Source of the DNA: a virus
Lineage: Duplodnaviria; Heunggongvirae; Uroviricota; Caudoviricetes
Virus record (IMG/VR): IMGVR_UViG_3300031413_000570
Reading direction: 5' to 3' (one strand)
Length of the DNA stretch: 56,089 nt
Positions 55,712 to 56,089 of this stretch are shown in pieces. A program made the translations under genes and the position numbers. Below the pieces are notes generated by a model that saw only the letters and a program-made list of their open reading frames with translations, was not told the DNA's origin and did not search any database. The first letter of the stretch is position 1. Each line of letters begins with the position of its first letter.

Positions 55712-56089
55712 TTAGCCGGCTGTGTCTTCTGTGATGAGAGGACCTTCTGGGGATGCGTATAGGTTGATGGTTACCACTTCACCTGTTGGTTTTGTGTACT
55801 CTGTTGATCCGAATCGTTCAGTTCCTGATGCAATAGGTCCTTCATAGCATTTTGTGGAGAATAGGATGGTGTCGCATCTGAGGTCTGTAAGCTGTTCTCT
55901 TGTGAATTCAATTCCGTATTCGGCTTGAAGTTCGTCACCAAGGGCTGTGACTTCTGCCTGTTCGACTGCACTGGCTGTTGTGTTGTCTTCTTCTGAGGGG
56001 GTTGAGCTGAAGTCAATGTTTGCTGCAGCGAACGCTGTTCCGAAGGCAAGTACTGAGATTGTGAGGAAAACTGGAGTTATTTTAGACAT
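55712..56089 (-). CDS. Putative exported protein (start at the window edge)
   Basis: N-terminal hydrophobic segment; may extend beyond the window. Confidence 0.6.
   Translation of the reverse strand: MSKITPVFLTISVLAFGTAFAAANIDFSSTPSEEDNTTASAVEQAEVTALGDELQAEYGIEFTREQLTDLRCDTILFSTKCYEGPIASGTERFGSTEYTKPTGEVVTINLYASPEGPLITEDTAG

Noticed and set aside
1-56089. Ordinary bacterial chromosome segment
   Set aside because: The rII genes, free-standing endonucleases, many monocistronic unknowns and the absence of housekeeping operons argue against it.

Overview
This is a gene-dense segment of a large phage or phage-like extrachromosomal element of a probable actinobacterial host. The host inference rests on an actinobacterial-type NrdH/NrdI/NrdE, GAAAG/AGGAG RBSs and several leaderless starts. 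No virion, terminase, rRNA or CRISPR genes were seen. The backbone genes are a SNF2 helicase, rIIA/rIIB, thioredoxin, an FtsK-like ATPase, nrdHIE, an NAD-dependent ligase, a C5 methyltransferase, RadA and two Zn-ribbon-repeat Hef-like endonucleases. The main accessory signal is a dispersed family of seven type IV pilin-like genes. They share a non-canonical N-terminal motif and a Cys pair, and six carry interchangeable C-terminal domains (CBM-like or DUF285/BspA-like repeats). Other cargo includes a signal-peptide Rhs-HNH toxin with tandem DUF4265 genes and an R-S-E ADP-ribosyltransferase. RNA-level signals not covered by the ORF track are: a tRNA-like cloverleaf leader with an 11-nt anticodon loop, a hairpin loop after rIIB that is complementary to both rII RBSs, a recurrent CCGATA promoter-like hexamer, NrdR-like boxes, and kb-scale strand-skew switches inside genes. 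All family assignments come from motif recognition by eye; no database searches were run.
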